From the NCBI RefSeq assembly GCF_036321535.1, contig NC_087447.1:39868001-39932000 (forward strand): a DNA stretch of 64,000 nt, read 5' to 3'. Numbering within the stretch: the first letter of the stretch is position 1; every line of letters starts with the position of its first letter. Below, piece after piece: positions 11,201-24,400 of this stretch. The position numbers and the translations under genes are program-made. The notes under the pieces are model-generated. The model saw only the letters and a list, made by a program, of their open reading frames with translations. It had not been told where the DNA came from and ran no database searches. The stretch comes from Camelus dromedarius. Its lineage: Eukaryota.

Positions 11201-14200
11201 GTTTCCGCGGTGGGGCTGGGTGAGACCACTTCTCAGCTCTCTGAGCATCCAGACCCTACGACTCTTCCTTCCCTTTCCAGGCCCTGAGATGGAGGTTGGC
11301 CAGCCCCAGGCAGACTTGGGAGCGAGGGAACGAGGCACACCTGTGTCGAGCACCGATCCCAGGGCCAACAGCTGTGAGGGAGCAGGAGCAGGCGGGGAGG
11401 GAAGCTGAGCTGTGCGGCGGCTGCTCAGCACTCTCACCAGGGGCTCCGCGGCTGGGAAGGCCCCTCGGAGACATCCTGGATGGAAATAAGGTACTGGCCT
11501 TTGTGCCTGCGTGGGCCAGTGAGTGGTTCTCCAGGGGAGTGCTCGTAGACTTGGCCCAGCCGCCCCCTTGGCTGAGGCTGGTGGCGGCGTGGGAGGTAGC
11601 TGGGGGTGGGGGGACGGGTGTGTGTGTAGGGGGGAGAATGAGTGCCTGGGTTCTAAGGGGGATCTGAGTGGGTGCTGTGGCATCCATAGCGAAAGCCCTT
11701 CCCACCTCCAGAGTTTTCTGGAGGAGAGACTTGGTTGGCTGCCTCTGACTCAGCACTGGCCTGGGCTGGCCTTCCCCGGCACAGAGTCGGTGTCTGTCCA
11801 CCAATACTCGCCCTCTGCCCCGGGCTGCCAGAAACTCTGAAGGCAAAAGCTGAGGAATTCAAAGCATTTATGACTTAGCAGGATTGTTCCCAAACTGCAG
11901 GCTTCTCTAAAAAGCCTTCTGGATTTCATTGTGGTTGCTTCTCAGCTTTTAGAACTGGCCAAGGGCTCCCTGGGCCTCACTTTTCAGGCCTCCCTGCCCT
12001 CCAGCTGCAGGGTCTGCGGGCCTCTGAGATTGGCTGGGTAATGCAGGGGAGTCTGCAAACCCTGGTGCCTGCCCAAAGGTAAAAAGTTCAGCCCCGGGGA
12101 TCAGATGGTTCTAGCCCTTTCTAGAGGGTCATCTTGGCCACACCGCTTAACCTCCCTGGGTTTGTTGGCTCACCTCCCACATGGCTTGGGGCTACCCTCA
12201 GAACCCAGGAGAGTGGCTTTTCCAGAGGAGGACGATAGCTGCACCTGAGCAGAACAACGTGCTTTTTTCTGGTAGGTGTTTTCTTCTCTCGAGCTTAGAT
12301 GGTAGCTACTGTCTCTTACAGGTTTGGCCTCTGCTCCTACTACCAGCTGCAGCTAATTGGCTCAGAAGTGGGCGCCTGATTCAAATAGGGCCAGTGATTA
12401 GCATTCAGACACCTATTTGGAGCTTTGAGTTGGTATCCAAGCTATAAACTGCAGCATTGCACTGGCAAATAGCTCTCCTTCCCTGCCTCCCTCCCATTCC
12501 ACTGCAGACGTTGCTGATCATTCTAAGGGGGAAGAGTCCTGGATTGGTTAGTAATTTCTGCCATGGGTATGTGAAGAGCAGAGTGAGCATGCTGCTGTTG
12601 GCCAACCTGGTCTGATGCTTGCAGGAATCACAATAAAAACTTCATATGTGTGGTGGAGCTCTCAGCTTCACCAAACGTCCATAGCCACACTCATTTGGTC
12701 CTCTGGACAAGCTCTGGGTTATAGAATGGTCCTGCTCAGTCTGGGATGGTTACTATCACAGATGGAACACAACTTCAGATGGGAGGCCTGAAGAGGGTGA
12801 GATGGGAAGGAGACACCTGAGTCAGGCAGGCAGAGCCAAGCCCAATACTCAGTCTCACTTAACATCTTGCTACAGAAAGCGGCTCAGAGAGGTAAAGTGA
12901 CTTGCCCAATGACACACAGCTAGCAAGAGCCAGGGCTTAAACCCAGTCCTTTGCTCTAAATAGAAGTTTTCAGGGGTTCTTGCTGTACCTGGACCATGTG
13001 CTGAGTCCTCTTTCCTGGGTTTATCCTGGGTCAGTGGAACTTGACTCCCTGACACATTTGGGAAAACCTAAGAAAAGATGGCTGCTGTGTGTGGCTCGCT
13101 TCCTTCTTCCCCCTGGAAATCTATTCTGAAATGTGATCTCATAGAGTTGCTGTAAATACGCAGCACCTTCTAACTTTCTGAACTGCATTTACATGGAGGC
13201 CAGAGTGAGTAATCCTGGGTCATGAGTGGAGGAAGCGGAGACTTTTCGTGGATTCGTTCACACATGGACACAGGCCCTGCCAATGGAGCCGTGTGCTCTA
13301 AGCAGGTAGCTGGGCTGGGCCTGGACTGTGAGCCAGGATGGCTGTCATCACACTTCCTCAGTTCCCTGTCGCTAGGTCCACTGATACTCCCAGCCACAGA
13401 TGCAGGAGCCAGCTCCCTGCCTGGGGGGTGTTGGGGAGGAAGGTTGGAAAGGGTGGGGGTGGGGTATGTTGTCAGGTAGCCACTCAACAGCCCTGGAAGG
13501 TTTGGTTTTTAAAGACCCAATGTCTAGCTAGAGCACCTGGGCACTTTGGCGGAGCCCTCTTCCCTGGCTCTCTGTCCACTTTACAGACCTAAGCTCCTGT
13601 CTTGACCCCTGCCCTACACCACCATTCCTCGATGGATCCCAGAAGGCTAGTCAGTCAGCCCCCTCTGTAAAAGGCATCTCCTCCTCTGATCTTGAGTCTT
13701 GCTTACTGCCTGGGCTCAGTCCTACCTGCTGAAGTCCTCTTTCCTGCTCACTCCCTCCCCATATACCTGCCTGAACAGCGCTGTGCCTTGTGAGCCTCAC
13801 CTGTGGGACATCAGCAGGTCTGGCTGCTTTCCCTGGGCCCAGCCCCAAGCCTGCCTGGACCCAGGCCCTTTCCCCGCCTCCAGCCACGTGCCTCGTGCTC
13901 AGCCTGACTCCTGCTTTCTGCCCAAAGTCGCACAGCCCCCCGAATCCCCACTCCAGGGCAATGCCAAGCTACTTCTTTCCTAGAGAGGAAGTGAGGCTCC
14001 TTCAGGCATTCAGACCTGTGCTCCTCCCAGGAGCACCTCGATAACCAAGTGTTTGGCAGGAAAAGATGCAGAACATACCCTCAAAAGAACACCTTTGGAG
14101 TTTTGTTAAACCTTTCCTCCAGTTTCAGAGTTTCCTGCAGTCAGTTAAGGAAAGCCTCACCACTCCCCTCTGCCAATCAAATAATGCAATAGATAAATAC

Positions 14201-14344
14201 ACAAAGTGACGTCAAGAAGAAACATAGTGTTTAAGATGTTAAGAGGAACACTGATCCACAGTTAGAGCCAAACCCCATTGACTTCGCTCTGGACCCCAGT
14301 CTTTGGCCCACGTGGCTTGGGTTGACCAGGTTTATAAGGATGTG

Positions 14345-14530
14345 GAGGCAGCAGGGAATTGTGGAGAGAATGAAGACTTCAGAGTCAGACTGAGCTGGGT
14401 TTGAGTCCCAGAGGAGAACCTCTGTGGAACTCTGTTTTCTCTTCAGTAAAACAGAGATAACCTGAGAGGTTGCTGAGATGTTTGTAGGAGCCAACCCTGT
14501 GCCTGGCACATGGTTGGAGTCCAACAAGAG
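14345..14530 (+). mobile_element. MIR SINE fragment
   Basis: gagtcagactgagctgggtttgagtccc...tgtgcctggcacatggttgg. Confidence 0.65.
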
Positions 14531-15149
14531 TTTGTCTGAAGTCTTTGCTTTATCTCTGCAGCTTCTCATTTAATCACGCTCTCCTGAGCAGAAAGGGCTT
14601 GAAGCTGAGCTTTCCCAGGAGGGAGCATTCATCCCCTGGCAACACTCTTGGCTTTGGCAAAGCACATGCTACATAGGATACAACCAAAGAGGGCCTGGTC
14701 CCAGAGACACAGGGATTAGCAGGATCCTGGTAGGGGTGGCAGTTGGAGGGGTCAAGGCTGAGCAGAAACAGGGGAGATGCAGCTGAGTTCCGTGTGGAAT
14801 CGGGAGCATACACATGCAGGGACAAGGCATGTCTCTTCCACTCTCTGCAGTGTCCTGTGCCTAGGCACAGTGTCTGGCACCACAGGCAATGTCTAAATAT
14901 TGAACAAATGAGGAACAAACAAATGACAGCCTTATCAGTCTGAGCCTGGTGGTTTCAGGAATTCCATTTAAAAAGCAAAGGAGAACAGCTGCTGGCAGGA
15001 AACGAAAGTTCTCTGGCAAACACATGGGTCTGTCTGGATACAAAGAGTTAGCTGTTGGTCAGTCAGCATAGAACCGGATTCTAGAGGCCTTGAGCAGGCA
15101 AAGGGATTCTGGTCTCTGGACAGCAGAAGCCACTAACGGTTCTGAGTTC

Positions 15150-15360
15150 ACGAGGTTAGAACCTGAACTCTGGAGCCAGGCTGCCCAGGCTCAAAGCCCA
15201 GCTCTGTAACTGATGAGGCATAGGACCTGTGTCATGTCAATAAATCTCTGTGCCTTCATTTTTCCTTCTGTAAAATGAGAATAATAGTACCTACCTCAGA
15301 GGGTTGTTGAGAGGATTAAGTGGGATTATTTGTAAGTGTCGAGAAGCACCACTGTTAGTA
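15150..15360 (+). mobile_element. MIR SINE (inside an L2-like region)
   Basis: ctctggagccaggctgcc...ctctgtgccttcatttttccttctgtaaaatgagaataatagtacctacctcagagggttgttgagaggattaa. Confidence 0.8.
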
Positions 15361-15878
15361 TTGAGAAGGGGCGTGGGATTCTGAGCTGTGTTTCAAGACA
15401 TTTAAGCAGCAAATATGTGTAGGATGGATTAGCCCAAAGGGAAGCTAGTTCAGAGGCCATTGCAATACCCAGGCATGAGAGGATGAGGTCGAAATTAGGG
15501 AGTTAACTGACTGCCTCAAGATGCAAAACAGGTGCTTCATGAAGCAGTCAACCAACAGTCAAGGACTGGCTGGCTGTGGTTGGGGTGGGGAGCGGGAAAG
15601 TCACCGTGAGCCTCTGGAAGCGAGGGTGCTGGGAGGGAGACAGTGCCTCTGGAAGATGACGGGTGTCTAAAGGAGCAGGTGTAGGGAGGACAAAAATTCA
15701 GTCTGAGGTGTGCCAAGTTGGACCTGGGGTACCCTATTCAAAAGGTGATGTTGTAAAGCTGGAAATGCCCCCCTGGCTGGGTGAGACGTGGGGGCCGGGG
15801 GAGAGCAGGCAGAAGGGGAAGCCAGGGAGAGGCATGAGGACAGAAGTACATAGGACGCCCCCAGGGAGCATTCACGCC

Positions 15879-15903
15879 GGGGGGGGGGGGGGGAGCTGGG
15901 GGG
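15879..15903 (+). repeat. G15 homopolymer followed by a G6 run
   Basis: Directly visible at 15879-15893 and 15898-15903. Confidence 0.9.
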
Positions 15904-17049
15904 AAGGATGAGTGTATCAGGGAGGGAACAGAGCAGCAGCCAGAGGGTGGGAGGGAAGCGGCAAAACGTAGCGCCTCTGAAACCTTGGCTGCCGAGTTCC
16001 TGGAAGGAAGTAATGGATGACAAGGTCGGATGCCACACAGCCAGGGAGAGAGGGGCTGGGTCAGCCCACTGGGTGGAGAGCTGACCACTGAGAAAACAGT
16101 TTCATCAGCTTCTGGAAAACTAGTGGTCGATTTTCGGGATTCATAAAAGAAAGGAGAAATGGAGGAAATGGAATCACCATAGATCTGTATACTTTCAGGA
16201 GAATGTCTCAGGGGAGAAAACGAAAGAAGATGGAATTGCTGGGAGAACTGGCTCCAATACAAGTGTTTTTCATCCTAGAAATCTGCATGGTCTGGAGTAC
16301 AGGTCAAGATGCTGGAGGAGGAGGGAGCTGGTCCTGGACGAGGCAGGTGGAGGAAGGGGCGGGGTGGGAGTTGAGCAGGAAGAAGAGGCAGTGAGAAGAC
16401 ATGCCAAGATGCTTTGGTTAAGAGCATGAAGCAAATGGCTTTGATATCTTGGTGAAGGAAGAGGGGAAGACATAACGGGGGAGAAAGTGGGAGAAGTGGC
16501 ATGGGGAAAAGGTAAGGAATAGGGGTTTGGAGAGATGAAGGCAATTAATGAGAGATGAGAGAGGACTTGAAGAAGCCAGGAGCATCCAGTGGCAACTGAA
16601 GGATGACCAGGTGGTCAGCTGGTACATGGCCATTCTGTGACTTTCTGCAGCAGCTCCGTGCCGGGGATTAAGACTAGGGATGCCTACCAGTGGAGCTGAA
16701 CGAAGGTGACTGGAGAGGCAAGGAAGCTTTGAGTGTGACGGCAGAGTCAAAATGGCTGGCAGTAGGGTCAGGCTGGACTTTGGGGTCCTTGCTGGCTATT
16801 TGGAATCTGTGGAATAGAGATAGTGATTTTCCAGCAACAAATAAGATTTGAGAAAAGTGTTCCTCAGTCTCCGTGCAGCCTAAGGGTGAGTTGTGTGGTT
16901 TTTGAAGCACCTAATCTGTATGGGACATGAAATTTCTGATCCTGAGGGCAAATGCCACTAAAGATTACACAGCAACTGCGGTGATTTCTGAGAGAATCTA
17001 ACTAGGGACCTCAGAGGTATCTGGCCTGTCTCATCATGTCACTCAATTA

Positions 17050-17880
17050 TTTCAAATGAGCTGCACCTGTCGCCCCCACTAGGATGGAAGAATCCATTTG
17101 GGAAGGGACCCTGTACTTTCTGATCTCAGTCTGTGCATAGAATGGGGCTGAACCCAGAACAGGCATTCCACAAATATTCCCCGACTCAGTTGCATTCCGA
17201 TCATGTGCAGCTTGGGGCCCTGCCAAGGGAGTGACTGGGAGTCTTCGTGTCCCATGGTGTTTGGTGTTTTGTTCATCAATGCTAGGGCAGGCCTGTGCCA
17301 CCATGGGTGGGAACACTTCATGTAGGCATTGGAATCATCATGAAAAGAACAGGAGAGAAAGCTCTGTATCTTTTTGGCAAATTGCACCAAAGGTATGCAG
17401 GTCAGAAAGCCATTTAATCCATGACTGAAGACACATGGATGGGTAAATTTAATAAACTAAAATAATCTGGCAGGTCCCCTGATTAGAGTAGTTGCTGTTA
17501 AGCTTGATCTCGTGTTACAGGCAATGACAAACTTGGTCATGGGTCTGGACAGCATGCAATTCCGATGCAGGATAGTAGGACATTATGGGAATTAGCTGGA
17601 AGGACCAATGATGCAGGAAGTACAGGCTCAGGCATTGTACAGAGAATGCGGTCACCCCCCACGTGCACTGCATCATCCAGAGACTCAGCGTGGAGGAGAG
17701 AAGGGTACACGCCCTCAGTAACCTAGCGTGGTGCATGCTTACTGGTCACCGTCGTATTGTCCATTATTTCAAGCCAAATGTCCCCAGTTCCATGAGAGCT
17801 GGTATTCTCCAATATCATGGCAAATAAGGAAAAATGGGATAATCTGAAGCTTGAGTAAGAAAAGCCTTCCAGGAGCTGCT
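17050..17880 (+). mobile_element. Possible highly decayed CR1/L3 LINE reverse-transcriptase region
   Basis: Collinear weak matches to recalled CR1 segments (tgttcatcaatgc ~ FINDL; tttggcaaattgcaccaaag ~ FADDTK; gggataatctgaagcttgagtaagaaaag). Confidence 0.35.
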
Positions 17881-19119
17881 TTTCAGAAGCACTGGCCAAT
17901 GTTTGCCAAGGGTGGCGAGGCCATTGTCACAGTTTCCAGGAAGGCGTGTAAGAGCCTGAGTGTTGTGCAGTCCCAGCCCTGGCTCCCAGACCAAGCGAAC
18001 GTGTAGCAGATTAAATATTTATCTATTGTCCTGTCCACCTCAATAAAACAGGACACTCTTTAAAGCGGTTGCCTTAACGACATTTGTGTGTTTTGGAATG
18101 CTGCCCCAGGGCGAGCAAATCGCATCTGAAGATGTGAAAACATGAAAATCGATAACAAGAAATGAAAAGTTTGTTTCACTGATAAAACATCATTTATCTT
18201 AATCATTGGGGCTTCTCAGAATTTCCTAAGTGCCCTTTTAAATGGCAACACCAGAGCTAGTGCCCCTGTGTGGGCAGAAGGCCCAGGGGACTCGAGGCAA
18301 GAATGCTGACTGCTCAGGCCCTGGGAGCCTGCTAAGGAGAAGTGTCACCCAGGGGCAGGCACCCGCTGGACAGCTTTCCAACCAAGGATCTCCCAAGGTG
18401 GAGTTTCCGGGGATATTTCTGGTATTTCAAAACTCCCAGTGAAAATAAAATAATATGGTACCTTCCTGTGAAAGATATTTTGCAAGACCCTACCCGTAAA
18501 GTGTAAGTGGGCCAGTTTCGGTAGGCTTTATGTAACGTACCAATAGTAATTCATGCTGATGATTATGCGCTGGGAGAACGAAATTATTGTTCCACCTCCG
18601 GGAACCCTGTACGTTGCCCCTCCCCTAGGCTGGGTGACAGCATGCCTGCTCCCCTCACCGAATCCAAACAGGTCCTCTGGTGGGAAGGTTGGGGGCATCA
18701 GTCCCAGGGGTGAGCTCTCTGGCTCGTAGTCCTCTCCTCTCCTCTGCTTTACATCTGCAGCCCCATCCAGTCTTCTGATTCCCTTAGCTCTTCTTAGACC
18801 CAGATGTAGAGAGGATGGAGGGGGCATAATAGCTCCTTCCCTCCCGGCAGCGGGAGGCGGAGTCTTAGGCGCTCCCAGCAGGCGCTGCCTTTGAAGAGCG
18901 CACCCAGGCCTCCTGCACACGCTTGAGACCAGGTTCTGGGTGGGGTGGGGCTGGGCAGGAGCTGGGTCTCCTCTCCTGGTCTCCTGTACTCTCCAGCCAT
19001 GACCGTGGTATGGAGACGGAAAGGTGGTCCCAGACGTCCATCCTGCTGACATGGCTTTCTCAAGTTTTCCCACACAGCGGCCAGGGTTTTTAACTTACAT
19101 TGCTTCCCATTTTTCCTAC

Positions 19120-19545
19120 GATAAAATATGTCGTCCTGTGATCTGACACCTCTTCTCCCCTCTCACTCTTCATACCCCAGCCATCCTGGCTTTCTGCCAG
19201 TCCCTCCAAGGAGCCAAGTCTTCTCCTGGCTCAGCCGCCTTAATAGCTCTTTACTCGAGTAGCGCAATGACTCAGGTGTCACTTTAAGACGTCACTTTGC
19301 CAGAGACCTCTCTTGACCTCAAAATCTAAATGAGACCTCCTTCACAGTTTTTTGTGCTTCTGCACAGAGATCATCCCGATTTGTAGGTACCAGTGATTTG
19401 TGATGACTTCTGTGCATCTCCCCCATTATTAGACAGGGAGCTCCACAAGTGGGCCTCCCTCGCCACCGGACACAGTGTACCTAACACGTCGTAGACACTC
19501 AGCACATACTCCTAGGCTATACGGCCTAACGGCTAAATGAACGGG
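19120..19545 (+). mobile_element. L2 LINE 3' fragment
   Basis: ccccagccatcctggctttctg...tctcccccattattagacagggagctcc...cagtgtacctaacacgtcgtagacactcag...aatgaa. Confidence 0.6.
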
Positions 19546-19730
19546 TGAGACCCACCAAGAACTCATCCTGCAAGTTCCTTAGGAGGCAAATAGGTCCTGT
19601 GGGATGTGCCCTCTTCCGTCACCCCATAGACTGTCACAATGTGCATCAGTGCAGGAAACTCTGAGATGGGCTCTAGTTATAAAACAAAAACAAACCAAAA
19701 AAAAAAAAAATCAAAGCTGTAGAAAGTGAG

Positions 19731-19736
19731 TTTAAT
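19731..19736 (-). terminator. Candidate distal poly(A) signal ATTAAA
   Basis: Sense strand: ATTAAA ctcactttctaca gctttga, then a long U-run and ggtttgtttttg (U/GU-rich downstream element); UGUA upstream at 19806-19809. Confidence 0.6.
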
Positions 19737-20911
19737 TTTCTTTTTAGCCTCTTGTTTCCCAAACTTGAGTGTGACATTTTCTTCACCTCACATCTATTAA
19801 CCACCTACATGATGTACTTGAAGAGATGCTTCACTGGGCTTCCTACCTGGTAAGCCTGCAATTCTCAAGGCTGCCAGGCTTGGTGTGGGGACCGGTCATC
19901 CTGCATTGAGCACCCTCGTGCTGCCTTGCTGTCATCAGGAACACATATACACACGTGCAAACAGCCCCAACAGCAAAGCAAGAGGCACGAGCACATTTTG
20001 GAGCTAGCCTGGGTTTATATTTTTCAGGGAAAAGGAGGAGAAAAAACATTAAAATTTGGTGTGTGCAGATAAAATCTTTGTAGTTATAATAGCGAGCAAC
20101 TCCTACATACTAACTTGTCCTTTGCTGGGACCTGAATCTGCAAGCGTTGGGAAGCTGGTGAGTGAGTCCACCGACCACACAGCATTTGTATCTCAGTGCA
20201 GTCGTCTTGTTCTCAGTTTCCACAGCAACTCTTAAATTTTCCAATAGAGCTCAGTGAATTTTGGCGGTGGAGGGAGGGGAAAGACTGCATGCAGTAGTAG
20301 CATTGGTGAAGATTTCAGGACACATCCCTCTTGCATCTGTAGAATGTTTTTTAGGGAGGTGGGTTTGTAATTAACTGCAGTGGATCTCAAATTATTTTTG
20401 ATCAGCCCCTACTTAGGCAGGGCAAAACTGCTTGACCTACCGACTCCATCTAGTCTCATTTTCCAGTGGAAAAATAAATTAGTGGTAATTTTGAGGGAGT
20501 GGATTATGTATACATTTGTTCTAGCACTGGAGTATGGATGATTCATATTTGAACCACAATGTATACACGTCTGAGAGTCGAGTTATTGGAAAATTACAGC
20601 CCCAGAATACTGTTGATGCAAATAAGCTTCAGTATACTCTGTAGGGTTAACCAAGCCACCCACAACAAAATAAACTGATAATGCTAAAGCTAAGCTAACC
20701 GTAATTCATAATTAAAAAGAACCGAGAACAGCAATTGCAAATAGCAACTAACTCAGGACAATACTGATGATGTGCTGATACAGAGTCCTTCTCCCAGATT
20801 TTGAAAATGTCAGCTCTGTGCCTATACATGTGAAACTGGAACCTTCCCATAGAGTAGATGGGCGCTGTATGGTGGCTGGGCTTGTAGCAGAACACTGTGG
20901 GGTGCTTTATA

Positions 20912-21430
20912 TTTTTGCTTATTTATTTATTTATATATTTTTATATATGGTAGCTAATATTTGCAAGTCTCAAACTCCCATATTTATCCCTTCCCACCCA
21001 CTTTCCCCAGTAACCATAAGATTGTTATTTCTGTTTTGTAGATGAGTTTCATAGTGCCTTTTTTCTTTTTTTTTTTAGATTTCATATATGAGTGACATCA
21101 TAAGGTATTTTTCTTTCTCTTCCTGGCTTACTTAGAATGATGATCTCTAGGTCTGTTCATGTTGCTGCAAATGACATTATTTTATTCATTTTTTATGGCT
21201 GAGTAGTATTCCATTGTATAAATATACCACAGCTTCTTTATCCAGTCATATGTCAATGGACATTTAGGTTGCTTCCATGCCTTGGCTACTGTATATAGTG
21301 CTGTTATGAACATTGGAGTGCATGTTCTTTTCAAATTAAGAGTTCCCTCCAGATATATGCCCAGGAGTGGGGTTGCTAAATCATATGGTAAATTTATTTT
21401 TAGTTTTTTGAGGAATTTCCATACTGTTTT
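20912..21430 (-). mobile_element. 5'-truncated L1 3' fragment, sense to PARVA
   Basis: catgttgctgcaaatgacattattttattcattttttatggctgagtagtattcc; ggacatttaggttgcttcc; cccaggagtgggg; (ATTT)n tail. Confidence 0.9.
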
Positions 21431-22145
21431 TTCTCAGTCAATTACAAATTAGTAGCCCTAGTAATATGTACAAATGAAAGCTTAAACTGCACACCATTCA
21501 CCATAATAATCCAAAGGAGCCCTTTAAAGACTAAATTCAGCTCAGGGCACAGGAAAACGTGTCTGGTAAGACACCCTCTACCCCGACCCTGGTAGGTCCC
21601 GGTCTTGACTTTGGAATCACTATCTAGGCGGCATTACCTCCTCTGGTCGGGCTTTCATTTCCCAGCTCATGCAGACCAGACATGTGCATTTGGATTTATA
21701 AAGTACTCATATCCTCGTTTCAAAATGTAAGAAGTTTTAATACCCAGTGTAAAATAATCTCCATGATAGTACATTAAGTGAAAAAAGCAGTGTGCATGAT
21801 AGTATGTATAATATGCTATTTATGCTAACAAATGATTTTATATGTCTGCTGATGCTTTATATGGCCAGGGTATCTCTGGAAGTAAATATAAAACAGATCA
21901 AAATAGTTGCTTCTCGGGACAGGTAAATTGGCTGCTGGGGGAGGGGAGAGAGGGAGATGAGGTTTTTCACTAGATACCCATTCATGCTTTTTTAATTTTG
22001 CACCATTTATAACTATTAAAAATATCAATGAATTTCAATTCTAGAAAAGAGCAGAAAGGACAAAAGGACCCAGTGAGCCTAGAGACTTGATTCTTGCCTC
22101 GGTTTTTTTTTTCTTTTAAAAGAGATGGCGGTTAAGTTTGGCTTA

Positions 22146-22151
22146 TTTATT
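22146..22151 (-). terminator. Candidate poly(A) signal AATAAA
   Basis: tttatt on the + strand at the end of an AT-rich UTR-like block. Confidence 0.4.
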
Positions 22152-23959
22152 TTCTAATGCTTTTCCCCGCTTCATGTATTAAGCAGGAGATTCCAGAATC
22201 TAAAGGAAAACGTCTAAATGAAACGATAGGGTTATAAAACCAGGCCCAGGCCCTGGGATTCTGGACTAAAGGCAAAGATCTCGGTGTCAAAACAATTTTC
22301 TGATAAATTAGACTTGTTATTGAAAACTTTCTAAGGGTTCTGAGGTGTTTTCATTACAGTGTACACATAAAATATAAAAAGGAGTGCCCTTAATAAGGCC
22401 ACTTGTCCACTCTCCATTTACAGCTTGAATATAAGGAAAAAACAAAAGACAAAACTCTTATAGCAAAGCACGTTTAAATGAACACAATTCCTCTTATTTC
22501 ATCCCTCTTTAGTATTGCTCAAGGAGACAAAGCAGTTATTTACGTTGATTTGCTATTAGGAATTTAAAAGAGAGCAAACAGAAATCTCATGGTATCTAGT
22601 GTTTCCTAATGAAAAACGAAATACTTCACTAATTATGTAAAAACAAATTGTATTCTTTTACATAAATTGACACGAGAGTACATTTTCTTTGTATCTTAAA
22701 TGCTCATTATGCTGAGTAATAATTCCTTTTTGGAGCAAAATCTCTGCAGAAACAGGCAGCGCATCTAAATCACGTGGGTTCTGAGCTACTGCAGCTAGAC
22801 TGTGGAGTCAGACGTGAGGTGAAGCTGGAAGGAATGTTTTAGACACGATGGGAGGCCTTGCTCTGGCTGGTGGTGTAGACAGAGGCCAAAATGAATTCCT
22901 CAAACTACAGATGGGCTTTGCACGACTGGGCCTCCAGTAGTGACAAAGCATTCTGGAGGCGGGACACAGGCTGGTGTCTACCTGGCATATTTAGGAAAAT
23001 TCTATGATGCAGATATATTATCAGTACACGTTACTAGTTATCCCACGGCTTGGTCAACTCATGAGTACAAGTGTTAGGTACCATCAGCCCATCCCTATGG
23101 AGCACATGGAATGTGCAAGTATTTGCCCCACGCCGCTTGTCCTCCTAGTCACCCCCACTTCTGTCCCCTTCCTATCCCCGCAGGACCCGCAGGCTGGGAC
23201 AACAAGAGACCTGTATACCAAACTTGGGTTCACATAGAGGGGACCCATGTAACCATGAGCCCGCGGGTAACCCACGCAAGGAAACCACTCAGCTTGGGTC
23301 TAAATAACTTACATTTTTCCTCGCCTGAATTAGCCAGTAATTGCATGTGGGCAGACTTAGCCAGAAATGGTCTAAATGATCAATTAGAGGGCAAAAAGGA
23401 GTTCCTTTCTTTAAAGCTCAAGGGTCCCTGTTGAAGAGCCCTACTTCCCAAGCCCTGCTCACATGGGCCCGCGCCCAGCTCTCCGCAGTGCCTGGGTATA
23501 TTGTACATTTGCCTAACGATAATGAATCGAGTACTTACTTTGTAGGAAAATATAGGGCACTTCCATTACATGCAATCAAGCAAAAAGGCTGCAAAATGTG
23601 CCACTCCATTAATTTTAAACACAATCCTTCCCAAATGTCACTCTGAAACCAGAGTAAGGGGTTATTACAAATCTGAAGGAATTAAGAATAATTGTCATCT
23701 GCACAAAGGAGTTAAGGGACATGGCTCCTGCCACACACATACTATTAACTGGGTTAAATTTGATTTGCCAGTTTTACTGTGAACCACTGAGCCCTGACCT
23801 AGTCTGCCTGGTGGTGAGATCAGGGGGCTTCTGGCTTCTTGGAGGGTGCAGGTGGACACACACAACTATAGAACATGCAGAGAATGTTATGTGATGGGCT
23901 ACTTATTAACATATGTTCAAAGAAGAAAAACAAGTGGCAACTTCTGGCAAGTTTATGGA

Positions 23960-24106
23960 ACCTCTAAGCCTCAGTTTCCTTATCTGTCAAAGGGGCTGAT
24001 AACATATGCTTCAATGGGAGTCATGAGTATTCACGAGTTGAGCAGGTCAGAGCACTTGGCATGGTGCCCAGCCCACAGGTTACACCCATTAAATGGTAAC
24101 TATTAT
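23960..24106 (+). mobile_element. MIR SINE in the PARVA 3'UTR (antisense to the mRNA)
   Basis: cctctaagcctcagtttccttatctgtcaaagggg...agcacttggcatggtgcccagcccacag...aaatggtaactattat. Confidence 0.75.
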
Positions 24107-24400
24107 CTTTATTTTCATCTTCTGGTTGGGGGGAGGGTGGTCCCTTGTGCTTAAGCTGGTTCCCAAATCACACAGGAAAATCTGGACCTAGCACCAGGAT
24201 GGGGACAACCTTCACCAGCCACTGCTGGGTCAGTCCTCAGAGCCTGGGAGGTGTGAGTCAGCCCACTGAGTTATTGATCACTTCCTTCCTAATTTGAGTT
24301 CCCACGGTCTCTGGGTCGCAGCTGGACTTAGGGAAGAGCACAGAGCAGGAGACAGGAACAAGCAGGTTAAGGCGGCTCGGGGGACGGTCCAGTCTGCCCC

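Larger units (their letters stand above)
19717..24400 (-). other. PARVA: Inferred PARVA 3'UTR (maximal extent to the distal poly(A) candidate)
   Basis: Follows the stop codon; AT-rich blocks at 22140-22750; candidate signals at 24108, 23773, 22146 and 19731. The end point is inferred. Confidence 0.5.

Noticed and set aside
6330..11862. Many overlapping 100-196 aa ORFs in the GC-rich intergenic stretch
   Set aside because: They are Pro/Gly/Ser-rich on both strands, with no recognisable domain or exon structure, as expected by chance at this GC content.
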